Below, one piece after another: positions 1 through 12,046 of a stretch of 64,000 nt of DNA. The position numbers and the translations under genes are program-made. The notes beneath the pieces are model-generated. The model saw only the letters and a program-made list of their open reading frames with translations. It was not told the DNA's origin and did no database searches. Source of the DNA: Iphione sp. A-MEVVRFRX5 (lineage: Eukaryota); contig OZ320319.1 in the NCBI GenBank assembly GCA_976226885.1, positions 33,294,001-33,358,000 of the forward strand. The letters are read 5' to 3'. Numbering within the stretch: the first letter of the stretch is position 1; each line of letters opens with the position of its first letter.

Positions 1-1168
1 TCATAATTTATAACAGAATTACGCGGCTGCTGTCAGTTGTGAGTTATATATGAAGGCACTCGTGGCACTTAAACAATCCTTTGGAGAAGCATACGCTGCG
101 GGCAGTGGTATATGGAAGTGGCGTTAAGCTCAGGGTGCATCAACGCGAGCCGGACGTAGGCATAGGAAATTGAATTGCATCTACGAAAATGCACCAGCTC
201 TGTCTAGGTGTCTCCCTGTGGCTTTCACGGCTTCCGACTACTCTTGACTCATGGGGCAACTGTTACTTTGTTACTCCTGAATGCAACAGAAATTCCCGAT
301 GAGGAACTATAGCATAAATATGTACAGGAAAAAAACCCATGGAGACCTGGAAAAATGGTGTTTAACGATAGAGAGGAAAAAGTATTCTCTTTATGTAGCC
401 ATCTGAAAAACAACATTTTCCATATAATTGTACACATACAGTACATACAGGGTCACCTGGAAAGAGCTGAGCTGAAACCATCGACTCCGAAGTATTAAAA
501 GGAAAGAAAAACCAACGACCAAACAGAAAAGTACGTCCAAATTTATCAAGTGAATCTCTAGCACCACAATGAAAGTTTGAATGTACAATGCGAACTTAGC
601 TGTCACACTAGGTGAACAGCACAATCGTTTAGTCATATAGCGTCCTCTTGGGAGAGATATAACATGTTGTGGTTTTCATGCACAACAACGGTGATAATTA
701 TGAGAAATTTATAGTAGATATAGATAGCAATTACCAAAGTATCATACCCAACCTTGTGTAAATTCGCGATAGATAGACACGCAATTTAAAGGAGCACATC
801 AACATTTTATGATGATGTACTGTCAGCTACCTTGGATGTTATGCTGTTCATAATACGGAGGACCATCAAGAAAGCTCTTGACAGACGTTCGAGTCATTGC
901 AGCTCGAACAGTGTTCTGGAAGGATAAAGGTTGCGATTTCGCTCATATGTATCGCCCATCGCTACTACTTTGAGCGATGTAATCTTTAGTTGGCAGTCCA
1001 TGTAAAGTGATTATTCCCCCAATGGTCATGCCTGTTCAGTGTTAATAACTACATGTGCTTGGGAAATTTATGCAACTAACTGTAAGGGAAAAATTAAAAC
1101 GTCTTTGTACCTCTTTTTATCCCAGTGGTTATTCTACAGCAGATATATTTGTAGCCCATCCATAATTC

Positions 1169-1529
1169 TTTTTTTTTAATTTTCATTTCATTTCATTGTA
1201 TCTTTTACCAGGAACTAGATATTCCCTATCACATGACCAGGCTCTTCCATATCCTCCTAGGGTAGCATATTACCATATATTGTTGAGAATTGAGAGACCA
1301 AAATGCCCGGGGTTGACCCTACTCTTATTTTGAATAGGTTTCTCGGGTCTTTTTGTGCATAGGGGATAGAATCCTATACACCCACAGCCTTTTTATGAGT
1401 TGTAGACCACTCTGGGTTGGGGCTACATTAAATCTGTCTGGTCTTGATCAATTGTCCTATGCAGGCCCAGGATTGAACCTGCAACCTCTCAGTCAGTGGA
1501 CCAGTGCTCTACCACTGAGCTAACTCCCC
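1169..1529 (-). mobile_element. tRNA-derived SINE with Deu/Nin-like central domain
   Basis: The minus strand starts GGGGAGTTAGCTCAGTGGTAGAGCAC. It has a Pol III A box TAGCTCAGTGG (1522-1512) and B box GGTTCAATCC (1479-1470). The central segment AAGACCCGAGAAACCTATTCAAAATAAGAGTAGGGTCAACCCCGGGCATTTTGGTC (1352-1296) resembles the Deu-domain motif TAAGAGTAGGGGTGTTAACCCCGGTGTCCTGG as I recall it from AmnSINE1. The 3' tail is (TGAAA)n plus A9 (1197-1169). Confidence 0.8.
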
Positions 1530-1959
1530 ATCAGACTTCAGTTATAATCAACACCCATAAAAAGTTTCTATCTGACTGCATGCTGCTCAGTTTTTCTGTC
1601 ATTCAAAAATCGTATACAGTTTTTGTATGTTTTTTGTATGTGGTTGGCCCATCTGATCAAGGCAGCAGGGACCCCGACTCGAGTGGTACTGAGCCTTATG
1701 TGTTCACTGCCTTTTTTATCTTGATCACTTATAACTATGTACATGTACCAAACCTATACACAGGTAACATGTTCTGTTTTATTACAGGTGATTAGGTTTG
1801 GATACTTCCGAATAAAAGTACCTAATGTATTATTTACATTTAAATTCGAGCATGCATGACAGTACGGCGTGTAGATTTGCTGCTCGATTATATGAACATT
1901 TGTTGAAATAATGTGCGTACCTAGAAGGTAAGTAGAATGTACATTCTTGCCTCTCGTTT

Positions 1960-2434
1960 AGACGGGTGCTTGCCTGCCATGATTTCCTTGTTGGCAATTA
2001 CAGAGACGACCCCATGAGAGCAAATTAATTTTACGATAACCTTGCTCAAGATAATACGATTATGGGATGAATGTAGCCGATTCGTTGTTTGTCATGAGCT
2101 CAAATCCTGACAGAACGTTTCATGATGGAAACTGGTGGTCATTTTTTATATATTTTTTCCATGGCACGGAAAAGTGGTCACCACAATAAATAAAGCTAGA
2201 TTTATGATCGCCCCATCGACAATGACCAATCTAGAGCACCGAACATTCTCTAAAGTACCAGGATTGGAATTCCTGAATTTCATGGCCACTTGATAGAGAA
2301 AAACTGCCAGTGTAACCAGTGCAACCATACATAGAAGAACGCCAACAGGAGTAGTACTTTCCTTGTAGGACGTGGCCTTCTATGGAAAGACTACGTTTGA
2401 CGTAAAGAGACAAAGCTGATTGCGACTGTGACAA
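1960..2434 (-). pseudogene. Faint remnant of a non-LTR retrotransposon APE endonuclease
   Basis: Minus frames give SALSLYVKRSL (cf. GGVxLYVK), LAVFLYQ (cf. VGVIYRPP) and SRLVIVDGAIINL (cf. LVIVGDFNINL) in the expected order across frameshifts. By-eye match only. Confidence 0.35.
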
Positions 2435-3111
2435 GAGTTATGTCCCCTCACCTTTTGGTCCAATCTCAGACTAGGTCATTCCAGATTGGCAGAGCGTAGC
2501 TCTAATATCTCTCATTGCTTGATATTCCCACGGAGGTAGAAACTGTCAGTCATTATTGAGGCTAAGTGACATTAAGGCAAAGATTTATAAAAAAAATAGA
2601 TGTTACTAATCAAAAGCTGACGATAACGATACGCAAAAACCAAGAATATCACAACGGTGCATTAATATTATAATAACAGCTAAATAAAAACGTGTCGTCT
2701 CGATGATTTTATATCACGAACAAAGTAAAGGAAAAAATACAGATTTGGCAAATCAGACATTATGGTATGCATTCGTGCCTCGTTTTGATTACAGTAGCAC
2801 CGCACAAATATTCTCAAAATATCAAATCAGTGATTATACTAAATCAAAATCCGATAGGAATATATTATTCGTCTTTAAAAGAGCGTGATTGTAGTGAATA
2901 TATCACTATAGTGGAGTCATTATAACAATGCTTGATTGTATTATCCTCTTAACTATGAAAATCTCCAGACGCATCACCGTCGGAAGTTCATGAACTGGTG
3001 TTCACAAAAATTGTCCATCTTCATTAGTATTTGCTTTACATATATGGTTTTAAACGGTAAATACACGGCAAAATGACTATACTGCTCCTTTATGTGTCTG
3101 AGTGATCGAGT

Positions 3112-3339
3112 TTAGATAAAACCAGTAGTTAAAAATCTCATAAAAATAGCATATTTTGCGAGTGCACACGAAGATAAAATAGTGTAGTGGGTAGAATGTG
3201 TTGAAAAATGACATAGTTTCCCCGCATTTCCCGTCAGCTGTCTGAATTCAAATATTCCCCACCAATGAATAGTGCTGTTCGTGTTATGAAGTACGTCGGA
3301 CGGTTCTAGCAGTCGATGATGGGCATCTGGTGAAGACAT
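3112..3339 (-). pseudogene. Possible PIF/Harbinger (HARBI1-like) transposase C-terminal remnant
   Basis: ORF 3112-3339 contains HNTNSTIHWWGIFEFRQL...YTILSSCALAKYAIFMR. This resembles HSRTRxxIExxFGxLKxRFRxL...IIxACxxLHNxxIxR. Weak. Confidence 0.3.
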
Positions 3340-5493
3340 GGCTCTTAGCCATAAAGAAAGTAGGTAGAAAACAATGTATTTCTTGCATAATAACGGCCTG
3401 GGGTGTGCTTAGCAGTAATCCACACCGGTCTACTCTAACCCTACCAAGAGAGCTGACTGTTTTATTTCAAAGGAATCCAACCACTTCGAAAAGTGAACTT
3501 TGAAGTTTAAAATACAACTATATATGCTAGGGGATTTACATAGCAGACCTTTGCGAGGAATAGCGTGCTACATCCCCATCTTTACTTGTTTTCTATGCAC
3601 ACTTACATTCTTTGGTTATGTTTGAAACCTTCAACATAGCGTGGTTCCGAATTTAATTTCCCGAAGCAGCTGTGCCTGCCAGTGGGTCGGAAGTTGGACA
3701 AAAACTCAATCTCGACCAGATGAAGGCTTAGGGAGTCCTTCCCGTCATCAACTGGCTTCTAGCTGTGCTGAACAACGTTGACCGCTCAGAACCATCATGG
3801 CAGGTTGTTTGCCAAGCATTTGTTGTTCCATCATGAGAATAGTGGCTGACTAGACTAGCTCCGCTAGTAGAGTATGACATGAGCCTTGTGTCCCGAGAAC
3901 TTTATTCATCTCTGTCAAATCCTGGCTGTTGGAACCTTCGATGGGTATTTGCCCATGCATATATACGGCAGGATTTCCTTTTTCAGAAGGCAAAGAGTAT
4001 GTACTTCATACCCTTGCGGCGAGTTGAACCACCATGTCTTTTTGTAGTATTGTGTTGTAGTACTGAACAATTCGCTGCCAATGTTGGAAAGATCAATGAT
4101 GCAATTTTCTAATATTTCCAGGAAGAACTGTCGTGAAGTGACGTCAAAATGAAGGATCGTCAAATATCTCGTTCTAATAACCTGTGTGCTTAAACCACCG
4201 ACTTGCTGTAAATGTTGCTACACTGATACCCACTAGGTTTAAAACGTCATGGAGACCAAACCAATTGCCGGCTGTCACCTTCGCTACAGATGTGGCGTAA
4301 TCCCTTAATAAATTGCCTATTGGGGTGTGGGGGTGGTGTTGGCTGTGGCGCATCTGACAATGAAAATGAACTTATAAGGAAGAAAGTTCTGTACATCGTC
4401 AGGTGAGCAAAAAGAATTTCAAATTGTCTAAAGCTGTAGTTTGGGCTATTTATCCTCTTTTATTGTGTTGTAAAAGGGGTAAATATGTAAGCATTCAAAA
4501 GAGCACACACAGGCCTAGCCCACGTCGATCACGTAAATTGTCTTAAGTTGCAGAAATAGTGAATGTCTCATAAGAATATCGAGCCCGCATGAATAAAAAG
4601 ACATGACCGGTGAGTGAGCGGATGCTTCCCGGAGCAGAGGAGGACTTCGCCTTCGCTTTTTTATTCTATTCACAAAACTACGATAATAAACTGATATGAA
4701 AGTATTCATTGACACCTCAGAAATAAGCTACTCAGGGGATTTCCTCTCTGCGTAGTCAAATGAACACAAATGAATTGCCCAAGGGCCTTGGGAATTTTTT
4801 TAATAATTTCAGGAGAAATGTTGTAGTTTTTACATTCCCTACAAAATAGCACCTAAACCAACGATACTCGATGGGTCAATTACCAGGGAATAACATACCA
4901 AAAACTGGAAAAAATTCACATATTCTTCGTAAAGGTATTGTTCGTACTGTTACTGACAAGTGCTCAATTATACTGCTTATATTAATCATACCTTGTGGTA
5001 AATCATATCAGGTAACGAGGCGTGAGCAAAAATGGGTGCTCCTGGCAATAAGGGTGTACTTTTGGACCTATCAACAGAGTGGCGAGGAACTATGTTGACG
5101 CTGTATTGTCTAACCCATTAACCGCTGCGTCATATACTGACCCAACTTTCTGTTTTATTCCTGATAAATTATTACATCCAGTTACCAGCAGGGATGTAGG
5201 CACTAAAAGAAAGGATATAAGTCCTATAGACAGACATCTGGAATTCAAAAGTGGTAGGGTGACGCTTCTGTCGAGCATTGTCTTACCTCCCCAGATAAAC
5301 ATAGTCAAATTACTGTTGGAAATCGTATTGAGATACTTGGAATACTAAGTGATTTTAAAGACTCTAGACAGTCTCTGGTGAAATCCCATCATTGCCGGTT
5401 CAAGGCATGATCTCACAGATCAAATAGGAAATGAACTCTTTAATGAGAGCGCTTACGAATACCCAATACAGACATATAGGTGAAACTCGATAA

Positions 5494-5970
5494 ATGCATG
5501 AGTCGTTCAATGTTGGCATGCAAGGGAATAGTGCAGTTAGCAACGATATGTTGATTGCTCTCCAAGAGAATCGGCTCGCTGAAAATGCCTCCTCGAAAGC
5601 TGTGATTCACGACATGACATCAACTAAACAAGCAGGTCTAGTGAAGCACTTGCAATTAAGTAAACAGGTTAAAACTGATGAGTGAACATATAGATCATTT
5701 CGAAGAGGACAACAATGCAACCGACTTCATCATCTCAAATTTACCTGAGGTGAATCGAGAAATAGACCCTATGAACGGATAACTGAAATCTTCCGCAACT
5801 CTAGTGACATTGACATCGGTTATATGATCGGTGTGAATACTAAGAATAAAATCAGGTGTATCAAGGTAAAATTTTGCAAACAATAGACACGAACCAAAAT
5901 TCTACAAGGTAGTTGAAACCTAAAGTACTGAGGGAATATGGGAATATGGGTAAATGAGAACCTATCAAAA
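5494..5970 (+). pseudogene. LINE ORF1 remnant (coiled coil plus L1-like RRM/CTD region)
   Basis: EEDNNATDFIISNLPE (5702-5749; cf. RRNNIIISGLPE) and CIKVKFCKQ*TRTKILQGS*NLKY*GNMGIWVNENLSK (5857-5970; cf. PIIVKFxxxxxRxxILxxxKxLKGxxIWINEDLT). A heptad-like helical stretch precedes them at 5494-5685. Confidence 0.6.
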
Positions 5971-6771
5971 GTAGAGTGGATAGGCTATGTTGAGTATCTC
6001 TCACATGTTTTACCTTGCTAAATGCCTGTCCGAACTCGAAGGCCCTTCCGTATCCCATGTCTCTGAGGTCGGGCTCCCTCCTGGCGGTCTGCTTTCTAGT
6101 TGTCGGTGTCCTCTCCCAGTGGATATCATCTTCCTAGATGCCGCGGTGGGCTCAATCCCATCGCTGCCAGCAACGTTGAGGCCACTATGTAATAACAACA
6201 TGACGCCAACTTGAAAAGACTGAGATTTATTACTGAGAGATTGATAGATGAAGGTCCTCCAGGTGACTGCCAATGCGAAACTGCCAACCCAGACGAGCTG
6301 GTGGTCGTTTGTTCATTCGTTAGGGGGTTGTGGTATTGGCGACCATGGGGCTTCACCGTTTAGGCAGCCCAATTCTGGATTAGAGTGTCTTCTGTCTATG
6401 TGTGTCGTTGTAGAATTTTCACTCGTCTGTTACAGCTGCTGTGCCGCAGTGAGGATGGCCGATGTCTTTGCTGGTGGTCCGTGGGGCCAGCTTTATATGA
6501 GGAATGTGAAGCCTCCGGGGTCACCAGTGTGCCGCATGCTGCCACGTGGTGCGTCATTGTGCTGCCTGTCACATGTTGCACTCCACACCACAGGCCTCAC
6601 TGTGCAACATTCTACTGCACTCCTACAATATTATTATTCTTCCCATGCTCCATCTTATTTTGCTATGCTCTTTACCCTATGTGAACGCCATATGACCTAA
6701 TCGAACTAAAATGCCTCTTGCTGTAATGCACTTAAAAATCAGCAGTCTAAAAATTAAAGTATTTGCAAGTA

Positions 6772-7380
6772 CAGTTGAGTCTCTATTTATGATCAGGGGT
6801 CGGGTCCGAGCTCAAATGGTCGTAATAGCAAGTTTGGTCGTAAATCGATTAATACTACAGTGAATTCGAAATTAATCTGAAAATCGGCAAAACTGAAGCA
6901 AATTCATCCAAAATTCGGCAAAACACAGCAAAATTTGCCCAACCAGTATCTCAGTAGTTATCCCAGGTCTGAGTGACAGAGAGGTCACCGTTGATATCTG
7001 GGTTGACTCTGTTAGGGAGGAGTGGTCGCTCTAACACCTCTACCAAGACCTTAGAAAATGCATTACCCTCCAAATGCTCTGTTAGGGAGGAGTGATGGCT
7101 CTAACATCTCTACCAACACCTCAGACAATGAATAACCCTTCAAACACGCTGATGATCAGGTGTTCAGGTGACCAATTGGTCAAAAATCAATATTAAAATA
7201 CAATAGAAATGGACTTCGACAGTGTGGTCAGACCCTGAAATCGGTCGGAAATCAATTTAGTCAGTAATTGATAATCAGTCATATTGGTTATGTATAGACA
7301 AAATTACAGTTCCCAACTCAAATGGTTGGAATGGGTGTTTTGGTCAGAAATCAGAGAGGTCGGAAATAGAGACTCCACTG
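6772..7380. mobile_element. Tc1/mariner (pogo/Tigger-like) MITE, 609 bp
   Basis: TIRs are CAGTTGAGTCTCTATTT (6772-6788) and the reverse complement CAGTGGAGTCTCTATTT at the right end (7380-7364), 16/17 identical. TA TSD at 6770-6771 and 7381-7382. Repeated subterminal GGTC(G/A)GAAAT motifs. Confidence 0.9.
7007..7146. repeat. Diverged 70-bp tandem duplication inside the MITE
   Basis: CTCTGTTAGGGAGGAGTGGTCGCTCTAACACCTCTACCAAGACC... (7007) and CTCTGTTAGGGAGGAGTGATGGCTCTAACATCTCTACCAACACC... (7077). Confidence 0.85.
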
Positions 7381-7763
7381 TAGTCAAAATAGTGAAGGAG
7401 CAGCGAAACTTGGCTTAATGAAAATATGCCAGATAGCATTACTTTCGTTAATGGATATTACCTAACATGCCTAGACAGACCCTTCTGTGTGCCAAACAAA
7501 TTAAAATACGACGCTGAAATATGGCCTAGTAGTAGTGTCTCAATTCCAGATAATGAAATGTTGTGGTTCAAGATCAATATCTCAAAGCAAGAGAATCTAG
7601 TCACTGCAGCTTTATTCCGTCCACCCAAAGGTAGTGCACATAACTTTACCTTGAATGTGTATACCATACTAGCTACAAAAGTGACATTGATCGGTTGTTT
7701 CAACATCAATGCCTTGCTGAAAGATCACCCAAATTACGGAGAAATAATTCGCCTTTGTAATGA

Positions 7764-8084
7764 GGCCCCCCCAAATAGGTGTGTTTCTGGTCACAACCAG
7801 CCAAAAACCTAGGTAGGGAGGGGGTTATTTCTTGTTTATTTTCTCTCACTTTCTTCCTCTGGTTTTCAATATCAATATAGACAATATGAAGAATTTTGAC
7901 CAATTTGCAGGTTTTTGCTGAATTTCCCTGGATTTTGTGGTTTGTCTATTTCACCAAAAACATGTGTTGTCAAAACATGTATCTAAGAAAATTCAGCCTC
8001 GGGGGCCAAACAATATTAAGGTAGGCTGAAGTTTTACTAGGTAGGGGTGAGTTACCAGTAACACACCTATTTTTTGTTTTGGCC
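7764..8084. mobile_element. PIF/Harbinger-type MITE, 321 bp
   Basis: Left end GGCCCCCCCAAATAGGTGTGTTTCTGGTCAC; right-end reverse complement GGCCAAAACAAAAAATAGGTGTGTTTACTGGTAAC. Flanked by TGA (7761-7763) and TAA (8085-8087), i.e. a TAA TSD with one substitution. Excision rejoins the LINE APE frame. Confidence 0.85.
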
Positions 8085-9059
8085 TAACTTTAACTTACAA
8101 CAATTCTTATGCAAACTGACATGCTGTAATGCATCCACTAAATCCTGTATTAACCTTTCATTAGTTTCTAAGGACTCAACAATTAATAACGATGTTATTA
8201 AAACATTCCTTAGTGACCACTTTGAAATAAAGTTAAAAATGATGTTCAACAGACCATTAGTGGAAAACTCTTCCCGCTACTATCAGTTTTGGTCTTAGAA
8301 GCAATAATGCTACTATCTGATATTACAGAAATGTATGACTGGTCTCAGTATTTCATTGCGAGAGACCAAACCTTTTTTATGAACTAGACTGGAAATGTTT
8401 CATTAAAAACCAGGTGGAGGTAATGTTACCATGCAAAATGTTTTAGAAAATAATATGTGGTTATCTAATAAAACCAGTAATGTCATTAGGCTCATGAATA
8501 CTATCTATAAGACCGCCAATACATTAAAAAGACCTACATTATATTTAAAAAAAGCTAATAGTTTAAGATTTTAAGTAAGAGAAGCAATCAGAAGACAGAC
8601 GTTGATTTGGTGACAGTCTGGGTTGGTTTACTTCATACTTAACCAGTAGACATATTTGGTAGCAATTGGGGCACCCTGACTGCTCACCCTAGACAGTTAG
8701 TACCTCAACAGATTTGGAGTCTAGCAGGCATGGGTAATGCTAGTGTTCGTGGTACCCTAACAAGTTGGGGGGATGCATTGAGTGAACCCGGCCCTCACTC
8801 AAGGCGACCTACCATCTGACCTCTGATTGGCTGTGATCTAATTTTAGTAGGCACAGGTAATTTTGTTACCAAACTATTTTTAAAACTCACGAGTGACACT
8901 GTAGCTGTTTCAGATCTACTTTAGATCTCTAGAGGGACCACTGTAGCATTTTCCTCTTTAGGTCAATTACAAAGTTACATTTGAAGCAGAACACATGACC
9001 TTCTTGCCTGCTTTATGGGCCCTGTGTGGCCGATAAACCAGTCTGCACTTCGTGCTACT

Positions 9060-9620
9060 TTTTTGAACTTGTCTCTCTGGGGATGCTTAGCTGAACAAAC
9101 CCATTTGGAACTACCTTAAGGGTTGACGGAGTAAGCACTGGGAAAACATTGAGGAATAACTAAGACAGTGCAACAGTGAACAATGGATGGATTTATTCAA
9201 GCGGGAATTGTCAACATGCATTACAATATAATAACTCATTTGGCACCCACTTATTCAGAGAAGGTACTCATCGACTTCCACAAGCCAACGTATCGAGGCC
9301 CGATCAGAATGATTGTAATAAAGCTATGCCCTGTCACCAATTGGATTGCTGGGTTACATAAACGTTAAAAAACATCTAGAGGCGTGGTCTGGGTGTTGGT
9401 GGGGATTATTCACTCAAATGTTCTCCAGAGAGAAGACCGTAAGTTTAGATAGAATGATATACCCTAGATAATGCATGAATTCGTCAGTAGTTTAGGGAAA
9501 GAGATCAGTATGAAATTGGGTGATGAGCCCTGAGAACCACAACTGGAAGATATTAGGGCATCTCAAAAACTTTTCAGGTTGTTCAACATTAACAAGGCCT
9601 CCAGTATCGGAGATATTCCG
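9060..9620 (+). pseudogene. LINE ORF2 reverse transcriptase remnant
   Basis: TFLNLSLWG (cf. HIFNLSLxxG), then DGFIQ..VLIDFHKP..IVIKL..NWIAGLHKR (cf. QxGF..IFIDFSKAFD..ILLxKL..WFxSYLxNR). Later SRGV and KLFRLFNINKAS (cf. WxxxNxLxLNxxKT). Confidence 0.6.
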
Positions 9621-9947
9621 ACAACTGTTGCTAAAGGATTTTTCATCAACACAATGCCGAAATGGTATATTTATATAACAACAGTTTTAAAGTAGGTGGA
9701 ATTCCGTATTATTGGAAGACCAATGAATTTGTGCCACATCATAAGGGTGGATCCACTGAACTGATAGGTAATAATAGTGCCCATCAGTTTGCTTAGTAGT
9801 ACCTGCAAAATGCAAGAAAGAATTGTCCATAAAATTATAAAATGTACATGTATGTACTGAAAAGTAGTGTCCCACATGTACCAGGGATGAGTCATAATAT
9901 ATAATATTTTCTCCATTATTTAGTATAATCTTGTATTTGTTTTATAT

Positions 9948-10183
9948 TGTTACGACCAGATCTTAACATACTGAGTTCCACTCCAGCAAGTAAAGTTGAA
10001 GATGTTTATTCGACAAAGTCTGTACCTCAACTGACGCCGAGCTCCGCACGGCGGCTCTATTTATACAAAAATGTTACTTGCGGAGCCCACTAACTAGAAC
10101 CGCTCGCGAGGAGCAACATAGAACAGAACGTGTGGTCCAACTAAGTACAGCACGCGCGGAGCAATCAATGCGGTTCCGCTACA
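9948..10183 (-). mobile_element. Solo LTR, 236 bp, probably Gypsy-type
   Basis: The minus strand begins TGTAG and ends TAACA (TG...CA). Identical 4-bp TSD ATAT at 9944-9947 and 10184-10187. TATAAATAG (10065-10057) is followed by AATAAA (10010-10005) in U3-R-U5 order. Confidence 0.8.
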
Positions 10184-11753
10184 ATATGTTTTATATCAGT
10201 TGGGTTTGCTCTTGTAGAAGCCATGCTACTAGATAGATTTATACGCCATCAGGCAAGCAATGTGTCTATCATGTGACTTGTATCGTGGCTACGTGGTGAA
10301 CGACATCTTATGACCTGCATTAAAGAGATGTTTTAAGGTGTGGCTAAATGATTTACAAGTTATTCACACATCTCGATGGCACATAGCGCTATTTTCGGAC
10401 ATTGGCATGAAAGCTTATGTGTAGGTTTCAGAGTATCTAGACCATAAGTGGGTGAGGATTCTCGGTTAGTGGATGCCGTCAGGTCTGATGTCCTGTTTAT
10501 TGGCGTGATGATGTCACCAATCCGGTTGTGGCGTATGCCTACGTCATGAGTGCATCCGTTCGGAATATTGGATTGGTTGACCACGTAGTGCCTGGTGTCG
10601 TCCCCACTTGTTGAAGCCGGTTTGAGTAGGCGTGAAGCCAGAGTCCTGTCTGTCCCGTTAGTGTAATATGTGCCCACCATGATAATGCAGTCAGAAAATT
10701 AGTTATTAGTGATACAGATGTGTAATCAGAGGTACGGGGTTTCCAATGTTCTAATTGCTATTGACGTAACAGTCCTGTATATAGATGCATGTACATCCAT
10801 ATGTATATATATATATACATGTACATAATATCATATGCTTAAAGATCTAATGACGGTAACTTATCTCTCTGGCTCAGATACATTTGGCGCTGAATACTTT
10901 CCCATTGCATATTCTTGATTTTGACAGATGCCTAGACAAATACCGGCGCCTCATATGTAAGACGTAAATATAGTCTCTAGATGCGAGAGTGAGTCTTTTC
11001 TGAAAGCAGCAGACATTAAAAGTGAACCGTGTTATTTTTGCAAAGAAAATCGATACTTGAGTAGCATGCACCTCCTAATTTTAGCTACGATTTGGACACA
11101 AGCTGCAGCCCAAATAATGTGCTGTCTCCGTTGGCGCTACCTGCTGTCGCTGCTATTGCAAAATCTCCATTCGGCAGTTTGGGTTACCTCCCGCTGTTCC
11201 TGCTGATGCTGCTTCTACTGGCCACCGATGCCTCTGTGGTTGGTGGCTACCACCAGAGTCGGGGCTGGCCGATGTGAAGGCTTTGTGATTAATGTCGAGA
11301 ACGTGCCCTTGGGCGGCCCACCGGCACGTCGCTACCGCCAGTACAAAAGGCCCGTTAGATGCAGTGCTGCTTTGGCATTTGCCTTCCGAATATTTTCTCT
11401 GTTTACTCCCAGTGACCAGACTTGTGGTCATCTGCTGACCGGCCCCACTCGCCCTGTGATTCGCTTTTGTGACCGACTGCATCCTCCTTCACGCATGTTT
11501 TCCTCTGGATTCTGTTGGTTGGTGATTCTTTCTTTTGCTGTTTTCTGTTCAAAGTGTCGAGTCGTCCTCCTCGTCCCGTCCCGCAAGCCAGTTTTCCATT
11601 CATAAGCATTTCAAATGCTCTGCCTCTACTCATTATCCCATAAGCTTCAAATGGCAGTTCTCTTGCTGATATAACCGAGGCATGTAACATTAAATTTAAT
11701 GATATAAAAATATAAATCCGTCATGGACAGATCGTGTGAGCAATCCGGTCCAT

Positions 11754-12046
11754 TTGGCTGATAATTTCTTCAATAAACAATTTTTATTCCCAAAGTATTA
11801 CTCAATGTGTCACAGGTTTACAACATGTCAAGCAATCCGTCAATCCATTAAACAAATCCTGTTGAATATAGAGACGACAAAATTCTCTTAGAAATACGCT
11901 TCAAAATCCTCAGCTTTATTGGATCTGTTTGGCTGCATGCCTCCGTCCAGTATTATAAGCACGTTACATGCGTAGAGAAATATTGTCCTCCTGTTTTATT
12001 CAATACATCTCGTCTTAATACCAACCACTTTGTGTCTAGCTGGAAT
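11754..12046 (+). pseudogene. Mutator-like (MULE) transposase remnant
   Basis: LADNFFNKQFLFPKYYSMCHRFTTCQAIRQSIKQ (cf. DFExA..FP..GCxFHxxQAIxRxIQ). After a frameshift come EYRDDK and YCPPVLFNTSRLNTNHFVSSWN (cf. FPPxLWN..RTNNxxExWN). Confidence 0.45.

Larger units (their letters stand above)
6726..8230 (+). pseudogene. LINE ORF2 APE endonuclease domain split by two MITE insertions
   Basis: The N-terminal motif lies before MITE 6772-7380. SETWLNENMPDSITFVNGY..DR..EMLWFKI..LFRPP..LIGCFNINALL spans 7402-7761. NFNLQQFLCKLT..CINLSLVS..FLSDH follows MITE 7764-8084. Confidence 0.85.
5494..9620 (+). mobile_element. Decayed near full-length CR1/L2-clade LINE (ORF1, APE endonuclease, RT) carrying two nested MITEs
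   Basis: Plus-strand motifs are collinear. ORF1 runs 5702-5970. APE motifs are MHLKISSLK (6726), SETWL (7402), LFRPP (~7612-7626), LIGCFNIN (~7687-7710) and FLSDH (8206-8220). The linker has WLSNKTSNVIRLMNTIYKTA (~8457) and FLFRSIT (~8950). RT motifs are FLNLSL (9060), GF..., VLIDFHKP (9264) and NWIAG. Many stops and frameshifts; the YADD motif is not recognisable. Confidence 0.85.

Noticed and set aside
3620-4110. Possible Gypsy integrase zinc-binding remnant on the minus strand (KKEILPYICMG, QRCSAQ, PTHWQ)
   Set aside because: The conserved His/Cys residues are not retained; similarity is too weak to call.
9183-9368. Initially read EKVLIDF as a Gypsy integrase catalytic motif
   Set aside because: Flanking motifs (FLNLSL, GF, IKL, NW) and collinearity with the upstream APE fit LINE RT better.
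10360-10700. Possible SGNH-esterase (CR1 ORF1-like) remnant on the minus strand (CIIMVGT..YGLDTLKP)
   Set aside because: The GxND and DxxH motifs are not actually present.
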